This document shows, one piece after another, positions 62,090-64,000 of a stretch of 64,000 bases of DNA. Under the pieces are notes generated by a model, which did no database searches, was not told the origin of the DNA, and was given only the letters and a program-made list of their open reading frames with translations. A program made the translations under genes and the position numbers. Source of the stretch: Octopus sinensis (taxonomy: Eukaryota). The stretch covers positions 11,904,001 through 11,968,000 of the forward strand of contig NC_043017.1 of the NCBI RefSeq assembly GCF_006345805.1. The letters are read 5' to 3'. Numbering within the stretch: the first letter of the stretch is position 1; each line of letters begins with the position of its first letter.

Positions 62090-64000
62090 ATATATATATA
62101 ATATATATATATATATGTATATATATATTAGATTGCACTATATTTTATTTTAACCCTATTTCAGAGTATTGAGTACTTTGTTACATGCTGAAATATGTAT
62201 TAAGAGATTTATATGTGTTTGTGCATTTATTTATGTGTGCATGCACAAATATGTGTGTGTGTGTATGTATGCACAAATATGTGTGTATGTGTGTATATAA
62301 CATAACCACAAAAATGCAAATACACACATGCAGACATGTGTATGTGTGTTGGCGGGGTAGGGGTGTTCCACGTGTTTGAAGAAATCACTCAAAAATGTGG
62401 AGCAGATGGTCAAAGAAAATATTGCGGCAAAAAGAAAGAAAAAAAAACTAAGAAAAAAAGAAATGTATAAATATATATAAAAAAAAAAAAGAAATGAAAA
62501 ATTATTGTATTAACAGCTTATCACATCTTCCCTAAAATTGTTTCCGTTTAGGTTTCCTGTCCAAAGGAACACCGAGTGAATAACTGTGTGTGTGTGTGTG
62601 TGAAAGGGAGATAGAGGGAAAGAGCAAGGGAGAGAGAGAGAAAGGAGAATGAAGGAGGATGGTGACACTGGGGAAAAAATCTTCTGACATTAGGCAAACA
62701 AGCGTTTAAAATCTGGAAAGATGACCATTTATTTATGAATATCTTAATTGTGGGGGGGGGGATTTGGTAGTTGGTGGGGTATGAGGTGAGGGTCTTGCCG
62801 AGGTCCAGAAAGAGGAGGGCAGGGTATGTATGTGTGGTGTGTGTGTGTGTGTGTGTGTGTGTAAATGTGGAAGGGAGCAGCTAGAGGAGGATGTGGATTT
62901 TCTTAAACCTCTGCCTGTAGTGGTGATGGAGTTTGTGGTGGAGGTCGTGGTGGGGGTGGTCATTGTGTGATGAGATGGGTTGGAATGTATTTAGAAAGAG
63001 AAAGAGAGAGAGAGAGAGAGAGGCAGAAAGGCTGACTGGACAGTGGGTGTTAGAATAGACATGAACCTGGTCAGTTGGAAGGGAAAAAGAATAGGGATAA
63101 ATAGGGGAAGTGAAGTGGAATGAAAGGGAAAGGAAGAAAATGAGAAGAGGGGGTTTGTGTATCACTTTGTAAGACCTGCATTTTGTGACCAACTTCGAAT
63201 GGATTAAGATTTCTACAAGACATTGGCATTAGGTAGAGAAGAAGAATGGTGGTGGTGGTGGTGGCATAGGGTATTAAACAGAGACGAGTGGTGATGGTCG
63301 CTGTAGTTTTGTTGTTGTTATGGTCATTGTTGTTTAGCCCCAGGTGAGTCATAATTGACTCGCTCCATCATCAAACGCATCATAGCTCTCTGACTCTCAC
63401 CTCTTCTGTGGAGTATCTAAGCCTACTTTATCTAATGTCCTTTCCTTTTAAGACTGTAAAGTATTATTTGGCTGGTATTTCAAGCAATCTGGGGGACCAC
63501 ATACAGGCTTATGCATGCTGATGTTAGTGTTTGTTGAAAGTAGGTTGTTGTGTAACGACCCCCTATGAGCCCTGATTGAGGAAACTTATGATCAAAAGCA
63601 TTCCAATGTGACCATCCCATCTTTTTCTGATGTATGAATACCATCACCACAACAACCACAACTTATATTAACAACCACTAATACAACTACTACTACAACC
63701 ACAACTTCTATAACAACCACCAATACAGCAACCAACACTACCATGTTGCCTAAATCACCCCTACTTCAAATCACACTAAGTGGTGTGGCTTTTATGTCAG
63801 ATTTAGCTGCTATTTCTGGCTGGTCGAACAACCTCATAGAGCCTGGATTGGAGTGTTTTTGTTGGTAGTAGTCATGATGGGGTGGAGTAGCATTGAGGAT
63901 TGGTTTTACGGCTATGTTGACGGTGGCAGGAGTATTGCTGTTGTGGGGGTGGTAGCCAGCCTTGCCCACCCCATCGTTTTCACAGATATTGTGCATGTAT

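Overview
This is eukaryotic, AT-rich, repeat-saturated DNA. Its microsatellite density and SINE content look like a coleoid cephalopod (Octopus-like) intron or intergenic region; that assignment is my inference, not a database result. I cannot recognise any intact protein-coding gene. Almost the whole ORF track is translation of simple repeats or of retroelement UTRs. Supportable content: several tRNA-derived SINE families (working names A, B, D) in many copies; 3' remnants of RTE-like and CR1-like LINEs, plus many short copies (family C) of the RTE 3' UTR; one decayed DD34D mariner; two non-autonomous Helitron-like elements; one TTAA-flanked piggyBac-like MITE; large microsatellite and low-complexity blocks; and a 100-N gap flanked by an approximately 820 bp near-duplicate that is probably an assembly artefact. 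A few unique islands carry splice-like signals and may be short exons of a large-intron gene (low confidence). The best novelty leads are two (TA)n-embedded elements carrying covarying, degenerate minimal hammerhead-ribozyme-like motifs, a Helitron-like pair with shared ends but unrelated interiors, a perfect 17-bp hairpin, and closely spaced inverted SINE clusters that could form ADAR substrates. No clearly new biological system is demonstrated. Repeat boundaries were read by eye and may be off by 10-20 bp.
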